A stretch of DNA of 52,389 nucleotides from contig CAYTXI010000001.1 of assembly GCA_964441935.1 (NCBI GenBank), positions 1 to 52,389 of the forward strand, read 5' to 3'. The notes beneath the pieces are model-generated. The model was not told the origin of the DNA and searched no databases. It was given only the letters and a program-made list of their open reading frames with translations. The stretch comes from an uncultured Bauldia sp. GTDB taxonomy: Bacteria > Pseudomonadota > Alphaproteobacteria > Rhizobiales > Kaistiaceae. Position numbers and translations under genes: made by a program. Shown here piece after piece: positions 19,590 to 27,723 of the stretch. The stretch's first letter is position 1. Each line of letters begins with the position of its first letter.

Positions 19590-20684
19590 ATGCGCATCGA
19601 ATTGATCCGCCGCCCGCAGCGGTCGGCTCGCATGGCTGTGCTGTCGCCGCTCATCGCCATCGCCCTGACCGTCGTCACCGGCTTCGTCATCTTCGCGGCC
19701 AACGGCGTCGACCCCTTCGGCGCGCTCTACGTCTATTTCATAGAGAAGCTGACAGCGTGGTGGTCGATCCAGGACCTGATCGTCAAGATGACGCCCCTCA
19801 TCCTGATCGCCGTTGGCCTGTCGCTCTGCTATTTGTCCAACAACTGGAACATCGGCGCGGAAGGCCAGCTCGTCGCCGGCGCCATCGCCGGCTCGGTGCT
19901 GCCGATTTACTTCCCGGATTGGGGCGGGCCGTTGGTCGTGACCCTGATGCTCCTCATGGGCATTCTCGGCGGCATGGCCTACGGCGCGATCCCAGCGCTC
20001 CTCAAGACCCGCTTCGGCGCCAACGAAATCCTCACCAGCCTGATGCTGGTGTACGTCGCCGGCTTCGCGCTCGACTGGCTGGCGCGCGGCCCCTGGCGCA
20101 ACCCGGCCGGCTTCAACTTCCCCAACAGCCGCCAGTTCAGCGACGACCAGTTGCTGCCCGTGATCGCCGGCCAGCACGTCACCGTCGCCACCGCAATCGC
20201 GCTCGTCGTCGCCGTCGCCGCCTGGTTCTTGCTGCGCAAGACGCTCACCGGCTTCAAGATCCGCGTCCTCGGCGAGGCGCCGCGCGCCGGGGCGTTCGCC
20301 GGTTTCAGCCGCAACCGCATGGTCCTTGTCGCGTTCCTGATCTCGGGCGGACTCGCCGGCCTCGCCGGCATCTGCGAGGTCGCCGGCCCCCTCGGCCAAC
20401 TGCGCATCAGCGTGTCGCCCGGCTACGGCTTCACCGCCATCATTGTCGCCTTTCTCGGGCGGCTGAACCCGCTGGGCATCATCGTTGCGGGTTTCGTCCT
20501 GGCGCTGTCCTACCTCGGTGGCGAGGGCATCCAGTCGACGTATCACCTGTCCGACCAGATCGCCCGCGTCTTTCAGGGCTTGCTGCTGTTCTTCGTGCTC
20601 GCCTGCGACACGTTGATCTTCTACCGCATGCGGATCGCACGCCGCCGCCCGGTCACAGCGGCAACCGTGGAGGCGGCCTCATGA
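19590..20684 (+). CDS. ABC transporter permease (BMP-family system, YufP-like)
   Basis: 364-aa polytopic membrane protein following the ATPase. GGGGAGGGGA RBS upstream. Confidence 0.85.
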   Translation: MRIELIRRPQRSARMAVLSPLIAIALTVVTGFVIFAANGVDPFGALYVYFIEKLTAWWSIQDLIVKMTPLILIAVGLSLCYLSNNWNIGAEGQLVAGAIAGSVLPIYFPDWGGPLVVTLMLLMGILGGMAYGAIPALLKTRFGANEILTSLMLVYVAGFALDWLARGPWRNPAGFNFPNSRQFSDDQLLPVIAGQHVTVATAIALVVAVAAWFLLRKTLTGFKIRVLGEAPRAGAFAGFSRNRMVLVAFLISGGLAGLAGICEVAGPLGQLRISVSPGYGFTAIIVAFLGRLNPLGIIVAGFVLALSYLGGEGIQSTYHLSDQIARVFQGLLLFFVLACDTLIFYRMRIARRRPVTAATVEAAS

Positions 20685-21607
20685 GCCTGCTTGAGCTTCA
20701 GGGCCTGCTGCTGACGATCGTGACCGCGGCGACTCCGCTGATTTTCGCATCGCTCGGCGAGCTGGTGGCGGAACGCTCGGGCGTCCTCAACCTCGGCGTC
20801 GAGGGCATGATGGCGGTCGGCGCCGTCATCGGTTTCATCACCGGCCACGCCACCGGCCTGCCGATCGCGGGCGTCGTTGCCGCCATCCTCGCGGGCACCG
20901 TGATGGCGGCGCTGTTCGGGTTGGTGACGCTCGTCTTCGTCGCCAATCAGGTTGCCTCGGGACTGGCGCTGACGCTGTTCGGCCTGGGGTTGTCCGGACT
21001 GATCGGCGACCGCTACGTCAGCATTCCCGGCTTCAGCCTCGAACGCATCAACATTCCCGGCTTGACCGACATCCCTTTCCTCGGCCCGCTCATCTTCGGC
21101 GAGGACCCGCTGGTCTACGTTGCCGCCGCCCTCGCCATCGCGGTCTCTTGGTTCCTGTTTTCCACGCGCGCCGGCTTGGTCGTGCGCGCCACCGGCAACA
21201 ACCATGTTTCGGCGCACGCCCTCGGTTACGACGTGATCCGGGTGCGCTTCTTCTCGGTGCTGTTCGGCGGCGCCTGTGCGGGGCTCGCCGGCGGCTACCT
21301 GTCGATCGTCTATTCCACCCAGTGGATTCCGAACATGACTGCCGGTCGCGGCTGGATCGCGCTGGCTCTGGTCGTGTTCGGGACGTGGCTCCCGGGCCGG
21401 GTAGCAATCGGGGCGGTGCTTTTCGGCGCCATCAGCATCCTGCAGCTCAACGCTCAGGGCTACGGAGTCGCCCTGCCGCCCCAGTTCCTCAACGCGCTGC
21501 CCTATCTGACGACGGTCGTGGTATTGGTGATCATCTCGCGCAATCGTACGCTCCTGCGCGTGAACACGCCGGCCTGTCTCGGCCAGGCGTTCGTGCCCGA
21601 CCGTTAG
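20681..21607 (+). CDS. ABC transporter permease (BMP-family system, YufQ-like)
   Basis: 308 aa from MSLLELQGLLLTIVTAATPLIFASLGELVAERSGVLNLGVEGMM. ATGA overlap with the preceding permease. The track ORF's upstream 308 aa are shadow. Confidence 0.85.
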   Translation: MSLLELQGLLLTIVTAATPLIFASLGELVAERSGVLNLGVEGMMAVGAVIGFITGHATGLPIAGVVAAILAGTVMAALFGLVTLVFVANQVASGLALTLFGLGLSGLIGDRYVSIPGFSLERINIPGLTDIPFLGPLIFGEDPLVYVAAALAIAVSWFLFSTRAGLVVRATGNNHVSAHALGYDVIRVRFFSVLFGGACAGLAGGYLSIVYSTQWIPNMTAGRGWIALALVVFGTWLPGRVAIGAVLFGAISILQLNAQGYGVALPPQFLNALPYLTTVVVLVIISRNRTLLRVNTPACLGQAFVPDR

Positions 21608-21710
21608 GCGCGGAGGGTTCCGGCGGCGGTCGAAGATGGGGCGCGAGTCTTGCTTCCTGCGGTCACGTTATTGTGCCCGCATTCGTGAGGGGAACAGGGA
21701 GACCATTGGG

Positions 21711-22796
21711 ATGAACAAGCTATTTGCCGTGACCAGCGCGGCGTGCGCTCTGGCCCTGTCGGCCGCGGTTGCCGAGGCCGCTCCGCTGAAAGCCTGCTGG
21801 GTCTACGTCGGCCCGCATAACGACGGCGGCTACAGCCAGCAACACGACATTGGGCGCCAGGACGTCGCCGCGGCGTTCGGCGACCAAGTAGACGCCTCGA
21901 CCTACATCGAGAACGTCTCGGAGACCGATTCCGAGCGCCCGATCCGCGAGCTCGCCCAGAAGGGCTGCCAGATCATTTTCACCACCTCCTTCGGCTTCAT
22001 GGAGTCGACCCTCAAGGTCGCCAAGGACTTCCCCGACGTGAAGTTCGAGCATGCCACCGGCTTCATGACCGCGGACAACGTCTCGACCTACAACATCCGC
22101 TGGTACGAGGGCCGCTACGTCATGGGCCAGATCGCCGCCAGCATTTCCAAGAAGGGTCTCGCCGGCTACATCGTCTCCTTCCCAATTCCGGAAGTCATCA
22201 TGGGCATCGACGCCTTCATGCTCGGCGCCCAATCGGTCAACCCCGATTTCAAGATCAAGATCGTCTGGGTCAACTCGTGGTTCGACCCGGGCAAGGAAGG
22301 CGACGCCGCCAACGTGCTGATCAACCAGGGTGCGGACATCCTCGTCCAGCACACCGACTCGCCGGCGCCGATGCAGGCCGCCGAGAAGGCCGGCATTCAC
22401 GCGTTCGGCCAGGCGGCCGACATGTCGAGCTTTGGTCCCAGCGCGCATCTCGCCTCACTGATCGACAACTGGGGCCCGTACTATGTCAAGGAAGTGCAGG
22501 CGGTTCTCGACGGCACCTGGGAATCCCACCAGGACTGGGAGGGTTTCAAGACCAACCTCGTCGAGGTCGCTCCGCTCCAGAACATGCCCGACGACGTGAA
22601 AGCGACGGCCGAGGATTCGATCGCCAAGATCATATCGGGCGAGCTGCAGCCGTTCGAGGGACCGATCTACAAGCAGAGCTCGGGAATGCCGTCGAAAGAG
22701 ACCGAGGTTGTCGGCCCGGGTGAGGTCATCGACGACGCAACGCTGCTCGGGCTCAACTGGTACGTCAACGGCATCGACGACAAGATCCCGCAGTAA
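21711..22796 (+). CDS. BMP-family (basic membrane protein/PnrA-like) ABC substrate-binding protein, probable purine/nucleoside binding
   Basis: Signal peptide MNKLFAVTSAACALALSAAVAEA. The mature part shows BMP-family features (GPHNDGGYSQQHD..., FGFMESTL, NSWFDPGKE). Confidence 0.85.
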   Translation: MNKLFAVTSAACALALSAAVAEAAPLKACWVYVGPHNDGGYSQQHDIGRQDVAAAFGDQVDASTYIENVSETDSERPIRELAQKGCQIIFTTSFGFMESTLKVAKDFPDVKFEHATGFMTADNVSTYNIRWYEGRYVMGQIAASISKKGLAGYIVSFPIPEVIMGIDAFMLGAQSVNPDFKIKIVWVNSWFDPGKEGDAANVLINQGADILVQHTDSPAPMQAAEKAGIHAFGQAADMSSFGPSAHLASLIDNWGPYYVKEVQAVLDGTWESHQDWEGFKTNLVEVAPLQNMPDDVKATAEDSIAKIISGELQPFEGPIYKQSSGMPSKETEVVGPGEVIDDATLLGLNWYVNGIDDKIPQ

Positions 22797-22834
22797 GCCT
22801 CATTCCTGCGGGATGCACCGCGTGTCATTCCGGG

Positions 22835-22862
22835 CGCAGCGCAGCACCGGGTGGTGCGCTGC
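22835..22862. repeat. GC-rich extragenic hairpin (REP-like or terminator-like) between the BMP SBP gene and puuD
   Basis: gcgcagcgcagcacc-gggt-ggtgcgctgc forms a stem of about 10 bp with one bulge. It is embedded in gtcattccgggcgcagcgcagcaccgggtggtgcgctgccgacccgggg, which resembles repeated extragenic palindromes I recall from alphaproteobacteria. Only one copy is in this window. Confidence 0.35.
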
Positions 22863-22973
22863 CGACCCGGGGCCTCGTCGCTTTGGCACAGCGTCGCCAG
22901 GCTCCGCGTTCGCGGTCAATCGCCATCGCGCCGCGCGGCGCACCAAACAACCGTCTTGCCGGGCGGCAGCCTG

Positions 22974-24155
22974 ATGCCGTCCTTCCTCGTCGACTGGCTC
23001 AACCTTCTCTTCCGCTGGGCCCACCTGATCGTCGGCATCGGCTGGATCGGCACCTCGTTTTATTTCATCGCCCTCGACCTCAGTCTGAGGAAGCGCGAGC
23101 GCATGAAGGAGGGCGTTGCCGGCACCGCCTGGGAAGTGCACGGCGGCGGCTTTTACTACGTGGAGAAATACCTGGTCGCGCCGAAGGAGCTGCCGCCCGA
23201 CCTCATCTGGTACCGGTGGGAGGCATACCTCACCTGGGTCACCGGCTTCGTGCTGATGATCCTCCAGTACTACTGGAACGCCGACGCCTACCTGATCGAT
23301 CGCGCGGTTCTCGTGCTGCTCCCGGTGCAGGCGGTCGCCATCTCGGTGTTGAGCCTCATCGCCGGCTGGTTGATCTATGACCGGATCTGCAAGTCGACGC
23401 TCGGTGGCAATACGCCGTTGCTCGCCGCCGCGGTTTTCATCCTCATCGTCGCCGCCGCCTGGTTCTACGGGCAGGTGTTTTCCGGCCGCGCGGCCCTCGT
23501 CCACGTCGGCGCCTTTGTCGGCACAATCATGGCGTTCAACGTGTTCGGCGTTATCATTCCGAACCAGAAGAAGATCGTCGCCGCCTTGATCGCCGGTCGG
23601 CAACCGGACCCGCGCCTCGGCGCCGCAGGCAAGCAGCGTTCCGTCCACAACAACTATCTGACCCTGCCGGTTCTGGTGATGATGGTGGGCGGCCATTACC
23701 CGATGCTGTCGAGCCACCCGCAGTCGTGGCTGATCGTCGCTCTGATCGTGGTTATCGGCGCCTCGGGCCGCCACTTCCTCAACCGCCACGACGCCGGCGA
23801 CCCGTTGGCGAAGATCGCCTGGGCGCTACCGGTCGCCGCGGTAGCGCTCGGCGCCGCCATCTACCTGACCGCGCCGCGCGCCGACCCGGCGATGGCGGGG
23901 CTGTCGGTCGGCGAGGGCGAGGCGCTATCGATCGTCGCCAGGCACTGCGTTATGTGCCACTCGGCCCGTCCGAGCCACGAGGGCTTCGACGCGCCGCCCA
24001 AGGACGTGGTTCTCGGCTCGGTCGCCGACATTCGCCGGCACGCCGATCAGATCATGGCGCAGTCCGTCCGCGGGGACGCCATGCCGCTCGGCAACGAGAC
24101 CGGGATGACCGACGAAGAGCGACGCAGGCTCGGCGCGTTCCTTCTGAATCAGTGA
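22974..24155 (+). CDS. puuD: Membrane-bound urate hydroxylase PuuD with C-terminal cytochrome c domain
   Basis: MPSFLVDWLNLLFRWAHLIVGIGWIGTSFYFIALD is the conserved PuuD N-terminus. Multiple TM helices, then a C-terminal haem-c site CVMCHS. Located in the purine cluster. Confidence 0.85.
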   Translation: MPSFLVDWLNLLFRWAHLIVGIGWIGTSFYFIALDLSLRKRERMKEGVAGTAWEVHGGGFYYVEKYLVAPKELPPDLIWYRWEAYLTWVTGFVLMILQYYWNADAYLIDRAVLVLLPVQAVAISVLSLIAGWLIYDRICKSTLGGNTPLLAAAVFILIVAAAWFYGQVFSGRAALVHVGAFVGTIMAFNVFGVIIPNQKKIVAALIAGRQPDPRLGAAGKQRSVHNNYLTLPVLVMMVGGHYPMLSSHPQSWLIVALIVVIGASGRHFLNRHDAGDPLAKIAWALPVAAVALGAAIYLTAPRADPAMAGLSVGEGEALSIVARHCVMCHSARPSHEGFDAPPKDVVLGSVADIRRHADQIMAQSVRGDAMPLGNETGMTDEERRRLGAFLLNQ

Positions 24156-24382
24156 CCGGCGGCCGGGGGCTGCCACTTTTCGTGGCCTGTCAGCTCGCTT
24201 TCCCGAGCGATCCGCTCGTGCGATTCCAGGTCGCTCTTGATGCGGTAGGAGGGTTCGCCGTCCTCAGGCGGCCGGTGACCGACGACGCGATATGGACCCG
24301 GCCGCGCGGACAGTCCCCGTGAAGAACTGCGGTAGCTGATGGTCTCGCCGACCTTGAACTTGTGGGCGTTTATTTTGTCCAT
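24149..24382 (-). CDS. Small conserved hypothetical protein (77 aa)
   Basis: MDKINAHKFKVGETISYRSS...YRVVGHRPPEDGEPSYRIKSDLESHERIARESEL resembles small proteins I recall from other Rhizobiales, with the pattern F-x-VG-x-[TV]...YRIK...ER-x-A-x-E-x-EL. Last gene of the desaturase operon. Its 3' end overlaps the convergent puuD stop by 7 nt. Confidence 0.45.
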   Translation of the reverse strand: MDKINAHKFKVGETISYRSSSRGLSARPGPYRVVGHRPPEDGEPSYRIKSDLESHERIARESELTGHEKWQPPAAGH

Positions 24383-24398
24383 CGAAGCACCCTCGGCC

Positions 24399-24788
24399 TC
24401 ACGACCGACAAACCAGAAGAACAGGGGTGTGCCCGTTGCCGCTGTGCGCGCCGACAAGCCGCCCCGTGACCGAGATTGCCTGGCCACTGGCAGCCACCAA
24501 GTCAGGGCACAGAATCTGAATGTCCGTGGCAACCGGCACCCCGGCGCTGACCACGTCCGCGGCGACGCAGACCGGCGCCTGCAGCATGAGCAGGTCGGCG
24601 GTCCGGCCCGTGATGCCCGCCGGCGCCTCGTTACCGCTGCCGCTTTCGGCGAGCACCGCGGGCGCGTAGTTGCCCGCCAGTGTCACCGTCTCGCCGAAGT
24701 GCAGGCAGTCCGCGGCGCCGGCCGGCGAGGCGATCAACACCGAGGCGGCGAGGCTCACGAGAATGAGGTCGCTAGGCACGGGCTGCAT
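24399..24788 (-). CDS. Secreted DUF4431-like protein
   Basis: 129 aa from ATG 24788. Signal peptide LILVSLAASVLIASPAGAAD, Cys pairs, and a C-terminal GRLVGAHSGNGHTPVLLV reminiscent of DUF4431 (family name from memory). The start overlaps the desaturase 3' end by 17 nt. Confidence 0.55.
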   Translation of the reverse strand: MQPVPSDLILVSLAASVLIASPAGAADCLHFGETVTLAGNYAPAVLAESGSGNEAPAGITGRTADLLMLQAPVCVAADVVSAGVPVATDIQILCPDLVAASGQAISVTGRLVGAHSGNGHTPVLLVCRS

Positions 24789-25908
24789 CCTTGTGCGCGA
24801 CGACGGGAATGCCGTCGGGTACGCGTACGACACCGGGCCGGCGAGCGACGTTGCCGGCCTCCGCCATCTCACGGCGCATCTGGCGAAAGGAAATCAGCCG
24901 TCTGTGAATCTCGTCCCACAGCACCAGGCGCACGCAGCGCATGCTCTCGACCAGCGACAACCGGCCGATGTCGCCGAACTCGGGATGATCCCTGAGCACT
25001 TGGGGAAGACGGTAGTACGGAATCCGGCTGCAGAGGTGATGGACGTGGTGGACGCCGATATTGGCGGTGAACCAGCGCAAGACCTTGGGCAGATCATAGT
25101 GCGAACTGCCGTGCAGCGCCGCGTCGGCCAGGTTCCACTCGTCGCCGTCGGTCCAGTGCGTGTCCTCGAACTGATGCTGGACGTAGAAGAGCCACATGCC
25201 GATCGAGGCGCCGATGATCGTGATCGGCAGGTGCACGAGCAGGAATGGTCCGACGCCTACCACCCAGATCATGACGGCTGCGGCCAGACCGATCGCCGCG
25301 TTCGTTGCCATCGGGCTGACCCACGCCGTGGTTTGGCGCATGAAACCCGCCGGCAGACGGTGTTGCACGAGGAAGAGATAGCTCGGCGCGATGCCGAACA
25401 GCACGAGTGGGTGACGGTAGAGTCGATAGCCGAGGCGACGCCACGGCGAAAGCGCCAGGTATTCATTTACCGTTAGCGTGGCCACGTCTCCGACGCCGCG
25501 GCGTGCCAGGTTGCCGGAGCCGGCGTGGTGCATGTTGTGAGTGCGCCGCCAGAAATCGTAGGGCGTCAAGGTCACCACGCCGATCGCCCGCCCGACCCAG
25601 TCGTTCAGCGACCGGTGGCGAAAGAAGGCCCCATGTCCGCAATCGTGCTGGATCATGAACAGACGCACAAGAAAACCGGCCGCGGGAAGCGCCAGCAGCA
25701 GGCTGAGCCAGTACGAGTACGTCAACGCGGCCCACGCCGCGATCCACAACAGGACCAGCGGCACGATGGTTATGGTGAGTTCGAACAGGCTGCGGCCGTG
25801 ATGCGCCCCGCGGTAGCGGGCTAGGATGCGCATCCAATCCCGGGCTTGCGGAACTACGGTCGCGCTGGCAGTGGCTGGAGCGGCAACGGACCCATCGGGC
25901 TCCGTCAT
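24772..25908 (-). CDS. Membrane fatty acid desaturase (di-iron, three His boxes)
   Basis: His boxes HDCGH, HNMHH and HVHHL with four or more TM segments. I chose ATG 25908, which forms an ATGA overlap with the upstream small gene. The track ORF extends to 26061. Confidence 0.85.
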   Translation of the reverse strand: MTEPDGSVAAPATASATVVPQARDWMRILARYRGAHHGRSLFELTITIVPLVLLWIAAWAALTYSYWLSLLLALPAAGFLVRLFMIQHDCGHGAFFRHRSLNDWVGRAIGVVTLTPYDFWRRTHNMHHAGSGNLARRGVGDVATLTVNEYLALSPWRRLGYRLYRHPLVLFGIAPSYLFLVQHRLPAGFMRQTTAWVSPMATNAAIGLAAAVMIWVVGVGPFLLVHLPITIIGASIGMWLFYVQHQFEDTHWTDGDEWNLADAALHGSSHYDLPKVLRWFTANIGVHHVHHLCSRIPYYRLPQVLRDHPEFGDIGRLSLVESMRCVRLVLWDEIHRRLISFRQMRREMAEAGNVARRPGVVRVPDGIPVVAHKDAARA

Positions 25909-26153
25909 TTCGACCGCCTCGCCGGCGCCGATGTCTTCTTCTTCTTCGGCACTCTGCGCCACAGCAGGCAGCCCCGGTCGTGGATGGATTTCTCGATTTC
26001 GTCGCGCGACAGGTTGTATGGAGGGTCTTTGTCGGGGCCGACCGCGCCGACCGCCTGCCACGGTCCGAACCGTTCCGGCAGCTCGCTTCCCGCCACATCG
26101 CCGGCGAAGGCGCGCAAATTCATGGCAGTCGACTTGAAGACATAGAGCCTCAT
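25905..26153 (-). CDS. Small conserved hypothetical protein (82 aa), first gene of the desaturase operon
   Basis: MRLYVFKSTAMNLRAFAGDVAGSELPERFGPWQAVGAVGPDKDPPYNLSRDEIEKSIHDRGCLLWR resembles a small protein family I recall from Bradyrhizobiaceae/Methylobacteriaceae. Lys-rich tail KKKKTS. Confidence 0.5.
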   Translation of the reverse strand: MRLYVFKSTAMNLRAFAGDVAGSELPERFGPWQAVGAVGPDKDPPYNLSRDEIEKSIHDRGCLLWRRVPKKKKTSAPARRSK

Positions 26154-26217
26154 GGCTTGCCTGTTCGATCGATCGGGAGAATTGTCGTTGTCGGCAACGC
26201 GCTCATGCATCTGGCGA

Positions 26218-26493
26218 TCAGCGCCGCCGGAAAGGTGGACGCCTAGCGGGCCGTCCCGGGTTGGTCGCGCGTTCGTCCTTGTGGCGGAAGATCACGCGGC
26301 CCTTGTCGAGGTCGTAGGGCGACATTTCGACCGTGACCCGATCGCCCGCGAGCGTCTTGATCCGGTGCTTGCGCATACGGCCGGCCGTGTAGGCGACAAT
26401 CGCGTGGCCGTTGTCGAGCTGCACGCGAAAACGAGTGTCGGGCAGGATTTCCGTGACCAGACCGTCGACCTCGATCAGTTCTTCCTTGGCCAT
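26218..26493 (-). CDS. infA: Translation initiation factor IF-1 (with Arg/Pro-rich C-terminal extension)
   Basis: [72 protein letters not shown] is canonical IF-1, followed by [19 protein letters not shown]. Confidence 0.95.
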   Translation of the reverse strand: MAKEELIEVDGLVTEILPDTRFRVQLDNGHAIVAYTAGRMRKHRIKTLAGDRVTVEMSPYDLDKGRVIFRHKDERATNPGRPARRPPFRRR

Positions 26494-26510
26494 GCCGGTT
26501 TCCTTGCAAG

Positions 26511-26574
26511 AACAAAAGGGGCAGCCACTCCCTGCGGAGCGGCTGCGGGTGCGCGGGCCTTACGAGGCCCGCGC
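26511..26574 (-). terminator. Probable cspA terminator region (two hairpins plus a T-tract on the minus strand)
   Basis: Perfect 9-bp GC stem gcgcgggcc-ttacga-ggcccgcgc (26551-26574). A second hairpin gcagcc...ggctgc lies at 26521-26546. On the minus strand these are followed by cccttttgttctt (26511-26520). Confidence 0.5.
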
Positions 26575-26588
26575 CCTACGGCACGACG

Positions 26589-26798
26589 TCAAACGACTTC
26601 GAGTTTGCCGACGGCGATCTTGCCGGATTTCGGGTCGGTCTGGGTGTCGAACGACACCTTCTGGCCCTCGTTCAGCGAGTGGATGCCGGCGCGCTCGAGC
26701 GCGGTGGCGTGGACGAACACGTCCTTGTCGCCGCCGTCGGGCTGGATAAAGCCGTAGCCTCTGGAGCCGTTGTAGAATTTCACTGTGCCCGTCATCAT
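26589..26798 (-). CDS. cspA: Cold-shock protein, CspA family
   Basis: 69 aa MMTGTVKFYNGSRGYGFIQPDGGDKDVFVHATALE with RNP1 (GYGFI) and RNP2 (VFVH) motifs. The 282-aa track ORF is an upstream extension through the leader. Confidence 0.95.
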   Translation of the reverse strand: MMTGTVKFYNGSRGYGFIQPDGGDKDVFVHATALERAGIHSLNEGQKVSFDTQTDPKSGKIAVGKLEVV

Positions 26799-27158
26799 GG
26801 GAATTGTCCTTTCACTAACGGTGTGCACGTGGGACGGGTTCGCACGAAGGTCGTGCCCCGGTCCCGGTTCGTCGATTCTGGAGAGAGCGTCTGAAGCGTG
26901 CGCCCGCAGTGCAGGCAACCGGCCCAGTTGTTCGGCCAAATATCGATGGTCAATACATATAGACTTGGCGGCGAAATACAAGACAATTCCATCTACGCCA
27001 ATGAATTGAACGATTTGTCGGTAGAAAAATGGCGCTCTTTCGTTCCGATTCGTTCGACGTTCTGCCGCCCGACGCCCGATGTTGGCGACGAGTTGACGTT
27101 GGCAGGCCTTCGGTGAGTCGCTAGACAGTCCACCGGCATTCAGCAAACGCATGCGGAC

Positions 27159-27680
27159 ATGAGCGACACCCCGATCACCCTCGACGCGGTTAACCGCATG
27201 GACGAGGCAGCATTCGTCGCCACTTTCGGCGACGTTGCCGAGCGGGCGCCGTGGGTGGCGGAGGCCGCGGCCGCCTGCCGCCCGTTTGCCACGCGCGAGG
27301 CCATGATCGACGCCTTCGCCGGGGCCGTCGCCGACGCAGATCCCGAGCGCCAGAAGGCGCTGCTGGTGGCCCACCCCGACCTCGCCGGCAAGGCCGCGAT
27401 CGCGGGCGAGATCAGCGCCGACTCGCGGAAGGAGCAATCAGGCGCCGGGCTCGACCGCATGACGCCGGAGGAGTTCGCCCGCTTCACCGAGATGAACGAG
27501 GCCTATCGCAAGCGCCACGGCATTCCGTTCATATATGCCGTGCGCGGCGCCACCAAGGACGAGATCCTCGCCGCGTTCGCCGAGCGCCTGCCGGACTCGC
27601 CGGCGACGGAGTTCGGGCAGGCGATCGAGCAGGTCGAGCTCATCATCCAATACCGCATCGAGGATCGCGTCTTGCCGTGA
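27159..27680 (+). CDS. uraD: 2-oxo-4-hydroxy-4-carboxy-5-ureidoimidazoline (OHCU) decarboxylase
   Basis: 173 aa. ...FVATFGDVAERAPWVAEAA... and HPDLAGKAA...S..EQ..AGL are the OHCU decarboxylase signatures. Confidence 0.85.
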   Translation: MSDTPITLDAVNRMDEAAFVATFGDVAERAPWVAEAAAACRPFATREAMIDAFAGAVADADPERQKALLVAHPDLAGKAAIAGEISADSRKEQSGAGLDRMTPEEFARFTEMNEAYRKRHGIPFIYAVRGATKDEILAAFAERLPDSPATEFGQAIEQVELIIQYRIEDRVLP

Positions 27681-27723
27681 GGCGCAGGACGCGGCGAAAA
27701 CCTGCCATTGAGCCCCACGGTCG

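Noticed and set aside
26218-26280. IF-1 carries a C-terminal Arg/Pro-rich extension of about 19 aa compared with the 72-aa E. coli protein.
   Set aside because: As I recall, extended IF-1 proteins with a basic tail are common in Rhizobiales, so this is probably lineage-typical rather than novel. The end of the ORF is unambiguous.
26799-27158. The 360-nt gap between cspA and uraD might hide an sRNA or small gene (track ORFs 26785-27009 and 26898-27116).
   Set aside because: CspA-family genes typically have long structured 5' leaders, and this gap must also hold two divergent promoters. The small ORFs have no RBS or motif support. I could not define a convincing -35/-10 pair, so no promoter coordinates are reported.
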